Positions 19,872 to 29,281 of a DNA stretch of 42,220 nt are shown piece by piece. The number at the start of each line of letters is the position of its first letter. The first letter of the stretch is position 1. The DNA lies in the NCBI GenBank assembly GCA_023128895.1, contig JAGMDC010000007.1, positions 1-42,220 of the forward strand. The letters are read 5' to 3'. A program made the position numbers and the translations under genes. Origin of the DNA: Candidatus Parcubacteria bacterium. GTDB taxonomy: Bacteria; Patescibacteriota; Minisyncoccia; Minisyncoccales; JAGMDC01. The notes below the pieces were generated by a model. That model worked only from the letters and a program-made list of their open reading frames with translations. It did not search any database and was not told the DNA's origin.

Positions 19872-21248
19872 ATGAAAACCAATCAAAAAATCATTTTAAT
19901 ATTTATTCTTGTTGGATTTATGGCGCTGGTTTGCGCAGGAGATTTTGCTCTCGCGCAAAGGGATTTGGAAGTTATTGATTATCCCGATGTGCCTGGCGCT
20001 GTTACGCCCGGCAAAGACACTGAATTGCCCCAATATGTTAAGTATTTGTTTAATTTCGCCATTGGCTTAGGCGGAATTTTGGCGTTTGTTATTCTTATTT
20101 TTGGAGGAATTAAATGGATGACATCTGCCGGGGACCCGACAAAAATTAACGAAGCAAAAACAAAAATGCTCGGCGGCATTATTGGTTTAATACTGTTGTT
20201 AGGCGCTTGGTTTATTATTGACGCTATAAACCCAAAATTGCTCTCTCTGAAAAAAATGGATAAATTGGAACCAAACACAGGAATTTATGTTACCGGCGAT
20301 TTTACAGACAACGAAGGCAATGTATATCAAGAAAAAAGATGGTATGTAGGAGATATTCAAAGTTTCACAAATTTTGTTCCAACATCAATGGAATTCATCA
20401 GCGAACCATTGGAATTGCTTTCTGTTTTTGAACATACTCAAGAAGAATTTAAAGGCAGTATAGAAGAAATAGAAAACACGGGCAAAGGCAGCGGCGCCAA
20501 CATTTCAGGAAAATCAATTTCTTTCCAATGGGCAAAATCAGGATTTTACTTGTATGAAGAACCTGATTTTGATGTTTTACAGAAAAAGCCGGAATATCTT
20601 TCCGGGTCCGCGGCTGTTCTTAAGGAATGGGACAATATGACAGAATCCATAAAAATCAAGCATCCTTCAAAACAAATTATTAAAATGGGGGTCGCTTTCA
20701 CGGAACCGAATTTTAACGGAAAGTGTGAATTGGTTCTTGAAGGACTATATGAATTTTTTGATGATAAAATAAGCAATGATCTCATCACAAGGCTGCCAGA
20801 TTTTCCAACTTCTCATCCTGGGGCAGGCAAAGACCTGTCTTCTATGCATATATTTACTCTTGATACTGACAAAGAGCAAAAGGGCGAAGTAATCTTTTAC
20901 GACGAAATCAACTGCCAGGGAAACAGTTTTACAACAACCCTTGAAAGAGAAAGAGGCGCGACAGGAGTAGTAACGGGAAACATTATAGGTTCGGGTAGTT
21001 TTGTAAGTCATAACTTCGGGGCAAATACCGCTGACGAACGCGTTATGTCTTTCAAAATCAACGGGCCTTATGTTGTTGTTATTATGACAAAAGGGCTGGG
21101 CGTAGACAAATCAAACCGAATATGCCAGCGCTTCCTTAAACCAAACGACACAAATTGCTACGGCACTCTTAAAGGAAGCAATGTTTTTGACCCTGACCCA
21201 AACAGCGACTTGAAACCGCGCGGATTCTTTATAGTTGGTTCGAACTAA
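19872..21248 (+). CDS. VirB2-like pilin fused to beta/gamma-crystallin-like domains
   Basis: Same pilin motif; FYLYEEPDF..WDNMTES, FTEPNFNG, FYDEINCQG. Confidence 0.72.
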   Translation: MKTNQKIILIFILVGFMALVCAGDFALAQRDLEVIDYPDVPGAVTPGKDTELPQYVKYLFNFAIGLGGILAFVILIFGGIKWMTSAGDPTKINEAKTKMLGGIIGLILLLGAWFIIDAINPKLLSLKKMDKLEPNTGIYVTGDFTDNEGNVYQEKRWYVGDIQSFTNFVPTSMEFISEPLELLSVFEHTQEEFKGSIEEIENTGKGSGANISGKSISFQWAKSGFYLYEEPDFDVLQKKPEYLSGSAAVLKEWDNMTESIKIKHPSKQIIKMGVAFTEPNFNGKCELVLEGLYEFFDDKISNDLITRLPDFPTSHPGAGKDLSSMHIFTLDTDKEQKGEVIFYDEINCQGNSFTTTLERERGATGVVTGNIIGSGSFVSHNFGANTADERVMSFKINGPYVVVIMTKGLGVDKSNRICQRFLKPNDTNCYGTLKGSNVFDPDPNSDLKPRGFFIVGSN

Positions 21249-21257
21249 ACAACCAAT

Positions 21258-22931
21258 ATGGCTCAAAAAAAACAAAAAATCATTTTAATACTTATCCTTG
21301 TTGGATTTATGGCGCTGGTTTGCGCGGGGGATTTTGCTCTCGCGCAAAGGGATTTGGAAGTTATTGATTATCCTGATGTGCCTGGCGCCGCAGCGCCCGG
21401 CAGAGACACCACCCTGCCCCAATACATTAAATATCTGTTTAATTTCGGCATAGCCCTTGGAGGAATTTTGGTTTTTTTGGTCTTTGTATCCGCTGGAATT
21501 CGCTGGTCAACCTCTGCAGGCGACCCAACAAAAATCGCTCAGGCAAAATCAAGAATGCTGGCTGGAATAATCGGCTTGGCGCTGTTACTCTTCTGCTATC
21601 TTATAATCACTGCGATAAATCCCAATTTAAAAACATTTCAAGATGTGAAAGAAATGCCTCAAAGCGTTGGCATTTATATCACCGGCGATGTAACAGATAA
21701 CGAAGGAAACATATATCAAGAAGAAAGATGTTATCAGGGCAGTATTCCCGGCTTCACAAATTTTACTCCGACATCAATAAAATTTATCAGCAATGAAGAA
21801 GAGCTGCTTGCTATATTTGTTTACAGCCAGGAAGAATATAAAGGGACATCTACAAGGATTGAGAATAAAGGAAAAGGAACGGGGGACAACATTTCAGGAG
21901 AATCAATTGATTTCCTTTGGAACAAGCCCGGCACTTATTTATATGAAAAAACTAATTTTGAAATTCATAACAGGCAGCCAAAATTTTGTACAGGACTTTA
22001 CCAAGACCTAAGCAAAGATAACTGGGATAATAAAACGCAATCCTTGAAATTCAACAATATACCCGGAGCAGGCTTAAATTTCGGCGCTGTCTTATTCTCT
22101 GAAAATGATTTTGAGGGCAGCAAATGCGGATACGCGTTTGAAAAAGATGTTGCAGACCTGTCTCTTGGCAGCAATAATTATCTCTGGCCCATAGAAAAAG
22201 ACAACCTCTCTTCAATGATTGTGTTGAATACTTCAAAAACAGGCGGAACTGTAACTTTTTACGATTCAATCAACTGCCAGGGCAGAGAAAAAACATACAC
22301 GACTTCAGATGTTCTGGCAATAAACGACCTTACCAAGGACAATTGTTCGTTTGGGGATTGTCTCTTTGGTAGATTAAACGCGGATGATATAGAAAAAGAA
22401 TTGCATAGAAACATTATGTCTATGCGAATAGAAGGAGATATGTACGCGCTTCTTAAGTCGCAAGAGGGAGAAGAATATGTTCCTCCGCCTTGGGATGAAG
22501 AAAAAATTGAGTTTCCTCCCGGTATCCCAGTCAGCGAATGCACTACACGAGTGTTAGCAGCGCTTGCGAATGGAACTGAATTTGACATTGTCCGCCCAAC
22601 AAAAAAGGATTTAAGGTCAAGATTTCCCGAAACCAGAGGGGGTTGGCACGGCGAAACTCCGACTAATTTTAGTTGCGATGAAGTTTGCGCAAATCGAGGC
22701 CAGGATTGCCTAGGCATAGGATTATATAATGTAGAAAAGACTTTTTGCAGATATATAATACATAATATAGGATCGAATTGCCAGCTGTCAGCAAATTTAG
22801 AATGGGGAGAATGCGGAATGGGCTTTAGGTATGGATCCGGCTTCTGCGAAGAATCCTCTCCTGTCTGGGCATCATGGGGATATGCCGATACTGGCTGTTA
22901 TTGTGTGAATAAAGGAATCCTTGAAAAATAA
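21258..22931 (+). CDS. VirB2-like pilin with crystallin-like domains and a distinct Cys-rich C-terminal domain
   Basis: Paralog of 19872-21248 up to about residue 400 (YLYEKTNF, WDNKTQS, LFSENDFEG, DNLSS), then an unrelated SCDEVC...C domain. Confidence 0.72.
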   Translation: MAQKKQKIILILILVGFMALVCAGDFALAQRDLEVIDYPDVPGAAAPGRDTTLPQYIKYLFNFGIALGGILVFLVFVSAGIRWSTSAGDPTKIAQAKSRMLAGIIGLALLLFCYLIITAINPNLKTFQDVKEMPQSVGIYITGDVTDNEGNIYQEERCYQGSIPGFTNFTPTSIKFISNEEELLAIFVYSQEEYKGTSTRIENKGKGTGDNISGESIDFLWNKPGTYLYEKTNFEIHNRQPKFCTGLYQDLSKDNWDNKTQSLKFNNIPGAGLNFGAVLFSENDFEGSKCGYAFEKDVADLSLGSNNYLWPIEKDNLSSMIVLNTSKTGGTVTFYDSINCQGREKTYTTSDVLAINDLTKDNCSFGDCLFGRLNADDIEKELHRNIMSMRIEGDMYALLKSQEGEEYVPPPWDEEKIEFPPGIPVSECTTRVLAALANGTEFDIVRPTKKDLRSRFPETRGGWHGETPTNFSCDEVCANRGQDCLGIGLYNVEKTFCRYIIHNIGSNCQLSANLEWGECGMGFRYGSGFCEESSPVWASWGYADTGCYCVNKGILEK

Positions 22932-22950
22932 ATATTACTTTTGTAAAATT

Positions 22951-24672
22951 ATGAATATATTTGAAAAACTTCATTATAAACTCCAATATATTGATAAAAG
23001 GATTTTAATTATTTTGGCTATTGCAGCTGTTGTTTTACTAATAGCAATAATTTGTATTGTTTTTTTGGGAAACAAAGAAAAGCCGCTAACGCCACAGGAA
23101 AAGCAAGAGCAAGAACAAGAGCAAGAACAAGGAGAAACTGAAGAAGATGTGTATCATTACACGCCTTTGACTAAAACAGATTGTGAAAATACAACGAATA
23201 AACAAGAAAAACAAAAGTGTTTTGATAGATTAGAACACATAAATATTCTTATGCGAAACAATTATATAAAATGTTTGGATATTACTACATTGGAAGTTAG
23301 AGACGATTGTTTGTTAAATTTTGCTTATTCTATTCTTCTAAACGATAATTTATGTTTTGCTATTTCAGACCCCCAAAAAAGACATTTGTGCGTAGACAGA
23401 ATAATTATAACAAACAGAGACAAAAACGCTTGTAAAAAGCATTTTGGGGACGAACCATTTGAGTGTCAGGAATGTATGGACAGGATTTCAGCGTTTAATA
23501 TAGGGGAAGACAAAAATCCAGAAAAAATATATGAATGTCAAAAAATTAAAAGTTTGGAATATCCGAGATTATGCCTTTGGATGTCTTTTAAGAATACATT
23601 TAAGGATAATTGCGAATTAGTGCCTTTGGAGTTCAGGCCTTATTGTATTGCTTACTATACTATTCATAGCGCAAGCACAAAAGAGCATTGTTCAGCAATA
23701 GCATTAGAGCAATACAAAGATTTTTGTTTGGCTAAGGTTGAAGCAGGGGGATGGAGAGGAGTTGCATCTCTTGATTCAGACAATGACGGTATTACAGACT
23801 GGAACGATTTATTTATGGGATTAGATCCTAAAAATCCTGATACAGACGGAGACGGATTATCAGACGGGGATGAGATGTCTGAATATCATACAAATCCTAC
23901 AGAAAAAGACACTGATAATGACGGCTTGACTGATTATCAAGAAATAAAGATTTATCATACCAATCCTCAAAAGCCGGACACTGATGGAGATGGAATACTG
24001 GACGGAAAAGAGATCAGAAGCGGAAGCAATGCTTTAAGCGGAGATAGAGATAAAGACGGACTTTTAGACGAGATTGAAAAGAAAATTGGTACAAATATCA
24101 ATAAAAAGGACACTGATGGAGATGGAATGACTGACGGCGATGAATGGAAACGAGGGTTAAATCCTTTAAAACCAGGCGCTGTTTTATCTGATACTGATAA
24201 AGACGGGTTAAAGGATTTGGATGAGATTTTTTACGGAACAGACAGATTAAATCCTGATACAGACGGAGATGGAATTTTAGACGGGGAAGAGATAAAAAGA
24301 TTGACTAATCCATTAGGAAAGGGATATATGGATTTTGACAATGACGGAATAACTGATAAACAAGAAATAGAGCGCGGAACAAATCCTGTTTTGCCGGACG
24401 CCGGAGACAGCCATAGCAATATCGCGCCAACCAATGCTTCCGCCGCTATTCCAGATTCTGAGTATTCTTCTGATTGGCTTGCCAGTATTTTAAATCCTTT
24501 TCTCTCTTTAACCGCAAGCCAGGATCCAGACACAGACACAGGATGCCAGCTATTCAAAAAACCTAAAAGAAAAGACGGTTGTATCAACACCTTAAAAGGG
24601 AGCGCTGTATACAGCCCTGATTTTTCTGGAAAAAAAGTTGAGTCCTTAATGCTCATTCCAGCGAAATACTAA
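22951..24672 (+). CDS. Surface protein with Cx10-11C repeats and thrombospondin type 3-like Ca-binding repeats
   Basis: N-terminal TM, about 7 Cys-pair repeats, 9 DxDxDGxxDxx(E/D) repeats (about 23773-24366); ATG 22951 preferred over TTG 22921. Confidence 0.8.
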   Translation: MNIFEKLHYKLQYIDKRILIILAIAAVVLLIAIICIVFLGNKEKPLTPQEKQEQEQEQEQGETEEDVYHYTPLTKTDCENTTNKQEKQKCFDRLEHINILMRNNYIKCLDITTLEVRDDCLLNFAYSILLNDNLCFAISDPQKRHLCVDRIIITNRDKNACKKHFGDEPFECQECMDRISAFNIGEDKNPEKIYECQKIKSLEYPRLCLWMSFKNTFKDNCELVPLEFRPYCIAYYTIHSASTKEHCSAIALEQYKDFCLAKVEAGGWRGVASLDSDNDGITDWNDLFMGLDPKNPDTDGDGLSDGDEMSEYHTNPTEKDTDNDGLTDYQEIKIYHTNPQKPDTDGDGILDGKEIRSGSNALSGDRDKDGLLDEIEKKIGTNINKKDTDGDGMTDGDEWKRGLNPLKPGAVLSDTDKDGLKDLDEIFYGTDRLNPDTDGDGILDGEEIKRLTNPLGKGYMDFDNDGITDKQEIERGTNPVLPDAGDSHSNIAPTNASAAIPDSEYSSDWLASILNPFLSLTASQDPDTDTGCQLFKKPKRKDGCINTLKGSAVYSPDFSGKKVESLMLIPAKY

Positions 24673-24699
24673 AAAACCGCGCTTAAGCGCGGTTTTTTA
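24670..24699. terminator. Bidirectional terminator overlapping both convergent stop codons
   Basis: Perfect 30-bp palindrome TAAAAAACCGCGCTTAAGCGCGGTTTTTTA. Confidence 0.8.
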
Positions 24700-25159
24700 T
24701 AACAATTCTTCTATTTTCCCGCTCGCCTATGCTTTCTGTCTCAACATCTCCCCTTGCTTGCAATTCCAAATGCACAATTCTTCTTTCATAAGCGGTCATT
24801 GGAGGAAGAATTTTTTCTTTTTTAGACAAAGACACCTCGTCCGCTATTGACCGCGCCAAATCCTTCAAATACTCGTTCTTTTTCTTTTTATAATCCTGAA
24901 TATCCAAATCAATATAAAATATATCTTCTTTTTTCTCACAGCGAATATTTTTTCTCAAAATAGCGGTTAATAAATGCTGAATTTCCGTTAAAGTGCGGCC
25001 GCCTTCTCCTATTAAAATCTGAGGCTCGTCTATTTTCAAATCAATGGGAATGGTTGAGTCAATCACATCATTAAACAAAATTTCCGGGTCAAAATCGGTT
25101 TTTTTAAAAAACTCTTTTGTTATTTTTTTAATTTTTTCTAAATTCTCTTTTGAAATCAT
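24683..25159 (-). CDS. jag: Jag/KhpB (EloR) RNA-binding protein, KH + R3H
   Basis: LIGEGGRTL..IQ, LPPM.AYERRIVH, ESIGE. Confidence 0.9.
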   Translation of the reverse strand: MISKENLEKIKKITKEFFKKTDFDPEILFNDVIDSTIPIDLKIDEPQILIGEGGRTLTEIQHLLTAILRKNIRCEKKEDIFYIDLDIQDYKKKKNEYLKDLARSIADEVSLSKKEKILPPMTAYERRIVHLELQARGDVETESIGERENRRIVIKNRA

Positions 25160-25163
25160 AAAT

Positions 25164-25910
25164 CTATCTTGTTGTTTCTTGCGGCTTCATAACAAAGTGT
25201 TGTTGGGCAATGGCGAACAAAGTAAATGTTATCCAATACAAGCCGATTGCCGCGGGAAATTTCCAAAGTATTACAACAGTGAAAATCGGAAAAAAGTAAA
25301 GCATCTGTTTCTGCATCATATTGGAAAATCCCGCCATAGGGTCTTTAGGGTCAATATTTTTCTTCTGCTGTGTCTTGCTCATTACTGGCGTAAGCATTTT
25401 TGTCTGAAAAAACTGAAAAATTCCTGCCAAAATCGCTAAATAGATACAGGGCTCGGCTAAATTAATTATTCCTAAAAAAAACGGGTTAATTACTTCAGGC
25501 GCGGAAACAAAACTGTAAAGATTATTCATCCGTTCCGGTTCAAGCCCTTTCCAAAAAACCCTGTAAAGCGCGATTAAAATCGGAAGCTGGATTAACAAAG
25601 GCAGGCATCCAGAGAAAGGATTTATCTTTTCTTTTTTGTAAAATTCCATCACTGCTTTCATTTGCTGCTCTTTATTGTGCTTGAACTTTCTTTCAATTTC
25701 CTTTATTTTTGGCTGAATTTCCGCCAATGCCTTCTGCATTTTAATGCCTTTGGCTCCTAACGGATATAGCATCACTTTTATTAAAACAGTCAAAGCAATT
25801 ATTGCTATTCCAAAATCCTGACCGGGCAAGTGCTTGTATAATAAAATCAAGCCGTTAAACAATGGCTGATATAAAACAATATCAAAAAAAGAAACAAATA
25901 GTTCAATCAT
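25164..25910 (-). CDS. yidC: Membrane protein insertase YidC (short form)
   Basis: [34 protein letters not shown]. Confidence 0.95.
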   Translation of the reverse strand: MIELFVSFFDIVLYQPLFNGLILLYKHLPGQDFGIAIIALTVLIKVMLYPLGAKGIKMQKALAEIQPKIKEIERKFKHNKEQQMKAVMEFYKKEKINPFSGCLPLLIQLPILIALYRVFWKGLEPERMNNLYSFVSAPEVINPFFLGIINLAEPCIYLAILAGIFQFFQTKMLTPVMSKTQQKKNIDPKDPMAGFSNMMQKQMLYFFPIFTVVILWKFPAAIGLYWITFTLFAIAQQHFVMKPQETTR

Positions 25911-26491
25911 TTGGTTTTAATCACTTGGTCAATAAGGCCGTATTCTTTTGCTTCCTGGGCTGAAAGATAAAAATCCCTGTCAGTGTCTTTTTCTAATTTT
26001 TTCAACGGCTGGCCAGTGTGTTTTGCTAAAATTTTATTTAATTTATCTTTAATCCTTACAATTTGGCGCGCGGTAATTTCAATTTCCACTGCTTCGCCTG
26101 ATATGCCGCCGGTGGCAACCTGATGAAGCAAGATTTCGACATTAGGCAAAGCAAACCTTTTTTTCTTGGCTCCTGCAGCCAACAAAATCGCGCCCATAGA
26201 ACCGGCAAGACCAACGCAAACAGTGGAAATCGGGGCCTTTACATACTGCATAGTGTCATAAATCGCCAAACCAGCGGTAACAATGCCGCCCGGGGTATTA
26301 ATATAAAGTTGGATATCTTTGTTCGAGTCTGCTGAAGACAAAAACAACATCTGCGCGATAATTGAATTCGCGACAGCGTCGGTTACCGGTCCCGCGAGAA
26401 AGATAATCCTTTCTTTCAACAAGCGGGAATAAATGTCATACGCCCGCTCCCCATATGGAGATTTTTCAATAACTGTTGGTATAAGATTCAT
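25907..26491 (-). CDS. clpP: Clp protease proteolytic subunit
   Basis: [18 protein letters not shown] (Ser), HQ, DRDF, A.EYGLID. Confidence 0.97.
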   Translation of the reverse strand: MNLIPTVIEKSPYGERAYDIYSRLLKERIIFLAGPVTDAVANSIIAQMLFLSSADSNKDIQLYINTPGGIVTAGLAIYDTMQYVKAPISTVCVGLAGSMGAILLAAGAKKKRFALPNVEILLHQVATGGISGEAVEIEITARQIVRIKDKLNKILAKHTGQPLKKLEKDTDRDFYLSAQEAKEYGLIDQVIKTK

Positions 26492-26511
26492 AATAGTAAA
26501 ATTTTTAATTT

Positions 26512-27708
26512 TTAATCAATTTTTTTGGCTTTTGTTGTTTTTTTCTTCGATGTTTTTTCTTTTTCTTTCTCTTCTTTCTCTTCTTTCTCTTCTTTGCCGC
26601 CTGTCTCCTCGCCGCTTCTTACATCTATTTTCCAGCCGGTTAATTGCGCGGCTAACCGAACATTCTGTCCCTCTTTCCCTATTGCCAGAGAAAGCTGGTC
26701 TTCGGGGACAATAACCATTGCCTTATTTTTAGGCATAATTCTCACTTCCATTACTTTGGCTGGGGACAAAGAATTACTAATATACTTTTCCGATTTGTCA
26801 GAATATTCAATAATATCAACTTTCTCGCCTCCTAACTCGTTTATTACTGCCATAACTCTTGTGCCTTTCTGCCCCACCATGGCGCCGATAGGGTCAACGC
26901 CGTCTGCTTTGGCTGATACAGCTATTTTGGAACGCGACCCCGGTTCCCGGGCAATTGATTTAATCACCACATCTCCTGCTTGAATCTCCGGAACTTCCAG
27001 TTCAAATAATTTGGAAAGCATTTTAGGATAAGAACGAGATAAAATTATCAAGGGACCTTTTGCTCCTTCGTCCACTTTCATAACATATAATTTGAACCTC
27101 TGTCCATATCTGTAAAATTCTCCTTGAATTTGCTCCTCTCTCGGCAGAATTCCCAAACCCTTGCCAATGTCTAAAAAAACTTTTCCTTCCTCAATCCGCT
27201 GGACTATGCCTGAAATTATCTCCCCTTCTTTGTCTTTATATTCTTCAAAAATAGTGTTTCTTTCTGCTTCTCTTATTCTCTGCAAAATTACCTGTTTGGC
27301 CGTCTGAGCAGCAATTCTGCCGTAATCCTGTTTTGTCTCCAATCTAATTTCCAAATCTTCCCCTTTTTTTATTTTGGAATCTATTTTTTTCGCGTCTTTT
27401 AATAAAATATGCTTTTCAGGGTTAAAACGAATTTTTTCATCTTCTCTTTCTTCTTCTTGATTTTTTAATTCTTCTAATTCCTGTTCGGAATAAATTTCAT
27501 CTTCTGCAACCACTAATTTTATCTGCCAAAACTTAACATCTCCTGTTTTGGAAGATAATTTTGCTTTAATTATTTGGCCCTTTTTACCGTAATCTTTTTT
27601 ATACGCCGCGGCAAAGGCCTGCTCAATAATTTCAACAACTTTTTCCTTGCTAATACCCTTTTCTTCGCTTATTTGCGTAATTGACGATGTAAAAATTTTT
27701 AAATCCAT
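26512..27708 (-). CDS. nusA: Transcription factor NusA
   Basis: [11 protein letters not shown]1 domain, [26 protein letters not shown]. Confidence 0.97.
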   Translation of the reverse strand: MDLKIFTSSITQISEEKGISKEKVVEIIEQAFAAAYKKDYGKKGQIIKAKLSSKTGDVKFWQIKLVVAEDEIYSEQELEELKNQEEEREDEKIRFNPEKHILLKDAKKIDSKIKKGEDLEIRLETKQDYGRIAAQTAKQVILQRIREAERNTIFEEYKDKEGEIISGIVQRIEEGKVFLDIGKGLGILPREEQIQGEFYRYGQRFKLYVMKVDEGAKGPLIILSRSYPKMLSKLFELEVPEIQAGDVVIKSIAREPGSRSKIAVSAKADGVDPIGAMVGQKGTRVMAVINELGGEKVDIIEYSDKSEKYISNSLSPAKVMEVRIMPKNKAMVIVPEDQLSLAIGKEGQNVRLAAQLTGWKIDVRSGEETGGKEEKEEKEEKEKEKTSKKKTTKAKKID

Positions 27709-27721
27709 AACTGCAAAAATT

Positions 27722-27919
27722 TTATGGTTGGTCTACCCCGCCCGGGTTCCACGGGTTGCACCTTAATATTCTTTTAATTCCTAAAAACAATCCTTTGATT
27801 GTTCCATATTTTTTTATTGCCAAACAGCAATATTCTGAACAACTCGGGTGAAACCTGCAATGATGCCCTAAATAAGGCGAAATAAATATTTGATAAAATT
27901 TAATAATTTTTATAAACAT
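27722..27919 (-). CDS. yidD: Membrane protein insertion efficiency factor
   Basis: YQ..ISP, CRFHPSCSEY, RILRCNPW..GG.D. Confidence 0.95.
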   Translation of the reverse strand: MFIKIIKFYQIFISPYLGHHCRFHPSCSEYCCLAIKKYGTIKGLFLGIKRILRCNPWNPGGVDQP

Positions 27920-28248
27920 ACACCTGCGCGTAAAAAAGATTGTTCAACACATTTGTCAATTTCATTAAATTTTTTATTTTTTATATCCGACAAAGCAACA
28001 ACAACAATATCCATTCCTTTTTCTATTTTCTGTTCTCTGCTGTTAATCGCCTCTCTCAAACGCCTTTTTATCTGATTTCTTTCAACTGCTTTATTGGAAA
28101 TTTTTTTACTCACTATAATGCCAAATCTTGAAAAACCCAAATCATTATTTCTAACCTTTAAGTATAAAAAATCTTTTCTATATCCTCTGCCCCGCTTAAA
28201 CACTAATTCAAAATCTTTCTTTTTTGTAAGGAAATTTTGTTTTTTCAT
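27910..28248 (-). CDS. rnpA: Ribonuclease P protein component
   Basis: RFGIIVSKK, AVERNQIKRRLRE. Confidence 0.95.
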   Translation of the reverse strand: MKKQNFLTKKKDFELVFKRGRGYRKDFLYLKVRNNDLGFSRFGIIVSKKISNKAVERNQIKRRLREAINSREQKIEKGMDIVVVALSDIKNKKFNEIDKCVEQSFLRAGVCL

Positions 28249-28277
28249 TTACATTAAAAAACCCAAAAACAACTCGG

Positions 28278-28412
28278 CTATACCGTAAGTTTTTCTCTTC
28301 CTTTCGCGCGGCGGCGGGATAACACTTTTTTCCCTGGCTTGGTCCTGTTTCTTTGTAAAAAACCGTGTGTACGCGCCCTTTTTCTTTTTTTAGGTTGATA
28401 AGTAATACTCAT
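28278..28412 (-). CDS. rpmH: 50S ribosomal protein L34 (not in ORF track)
   Basis: Manual translation [44 protein letters not shown]; immediately upstream of rnpA. Confidence 0.96.
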   Translation of the reverse strand: MSITYQPKKRKRARTHGFLQRNRTKPGKKVLSRRRAKGREKLTV

Positions 28413-28447
28413 AATAAATAGAATATAGAATAATTTTTCCATATTCC

Positions 28448-28466
28448 CTGCCTACCGGACAGGCAG
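28448..28466. repeat. Small GC-rich palindrome in the rpmH leader
   Basis: CTGCCT-accggac-AGGCAG in AT-rich context. Confidence 0.5.
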
Positions 28467-28490
28467 ATAAATTCCAGATTCTTACATTTA

Positions 28491-28519
28491 AGGATAGCAT
28501 ATTGATTTTCAATAGTCAA
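28491..28519 (-). promoter_or_regulatory. Promoter of the rpmH operon
   Basis: Minus strand TTGACT, 17 nt, TATCCT with extended TG. Confidence 0.6.
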
Positions 28520-28570
28520 ATTTATAGGGCTACGCTGGAATTAAAATCAGAAAAGGTTTAAGATGAGATA

Positions 28571-29281
28571 ATGAACAGCGAACAGCGAACAGCGAACAAT
28601 CTAAAAAAGCAAAGAATTAAAATCCAGGGTAAAAATTGGGAGCGTTGTCTTGTCAAAACGCATTTTATCACTAAGGATGACAATTTAGAGAACATTATTG
28701 AAAAATATGCTCTGCGCGAGGCAAAAAAATCAGACATCGTAGCGTTATGCCAAAAAATCGTTTCCATCACTCATAAAAAAATTATTTATAGAAAAGATAT
28801 AAAATTAGGATTTTGGGCGAAATTTTTGTCTAAATTTGTTAAAAAAACGCCTTATGGATTTTCAGTTGGCAACCCATTGAAAATGCAGGTAGCGATAAAT
28901 TTAGCAGGACTTCCCAGAATTTTATTCGCAAGTATTTGCGCTATATTCGGAAAAATCGTAGGGATTAAAGGAATTTTTTACAAAATAGCCGGACATCAAA
29001 TTAACCAAATAGACGGATTTTACGGAGAAGCGTTTCCGCAATATAATGATATGGCGATATTGGGATTAGACAGAAAATTCAGTAATAATCTCTGCGGCAA
29101 ATTAAAAGAAAAATACAATCTTTCGTTTGCTATCGTGGATATAAACGACATAGGCGGGAACATATTAGGAACAAGCGCTGATATAAAAGAAAAAACAAAA
29201 TTGATATTGGAATTATTAAAAGACAACCCGGCAGGCCAGTCAAACCAGCAAACTCCGATTATTATCTTAAAAAAATGCTAA
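28571..29281 (+). CDS. F420-0:gamma-glutamyl ligase (CofE)-like protein
   Basis: KTHFI...D, DIV.L.QKIVSI, IDG, AIVD.ND.G, DNPAGQ..Q.TPI. Confidence 0.75.
   Translation: MNSEQRTANNLKKQRIKIQGKNWERCLVKTHFITKDDNLENIIEKYALREAKKSDIVALCQKIVSITHKKIIYRKDIKLGFWAKFLSKFVKKTPYGFSVGNPLKMQVAINLAGLPRILFASICAIFGKIVGIKGIFYKIAGHQINQIDGFYGEAFPQYNDMAILGLDRKFSNNLCGKLKEKYNLSFAIVDINDIGGNILGTSADIKEKTKLILELLKDNPAGQSNQQTPIIILKKC

Noticed and set aside
23773-24366. CRISPR array or DNA-level repeat array
   Set aside because: Repeats are degenerate at synonymous positions and encode DxDxDG protein motifs; no cas genes
22459-24518. CGCAAG at both junctions as a target-site duplication of the 2-kb insert
   Set aside because: The two hexamers are in different reading frames, so excision there would not restore the gene; no terminal repeats or transposase seen
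10219-24672. Integrative conjugative element or integrated plasmid
   Set aside because: No integrase, relaxase, coupling protein or att repeats bounding the locus in this window; composition looks like the flanks
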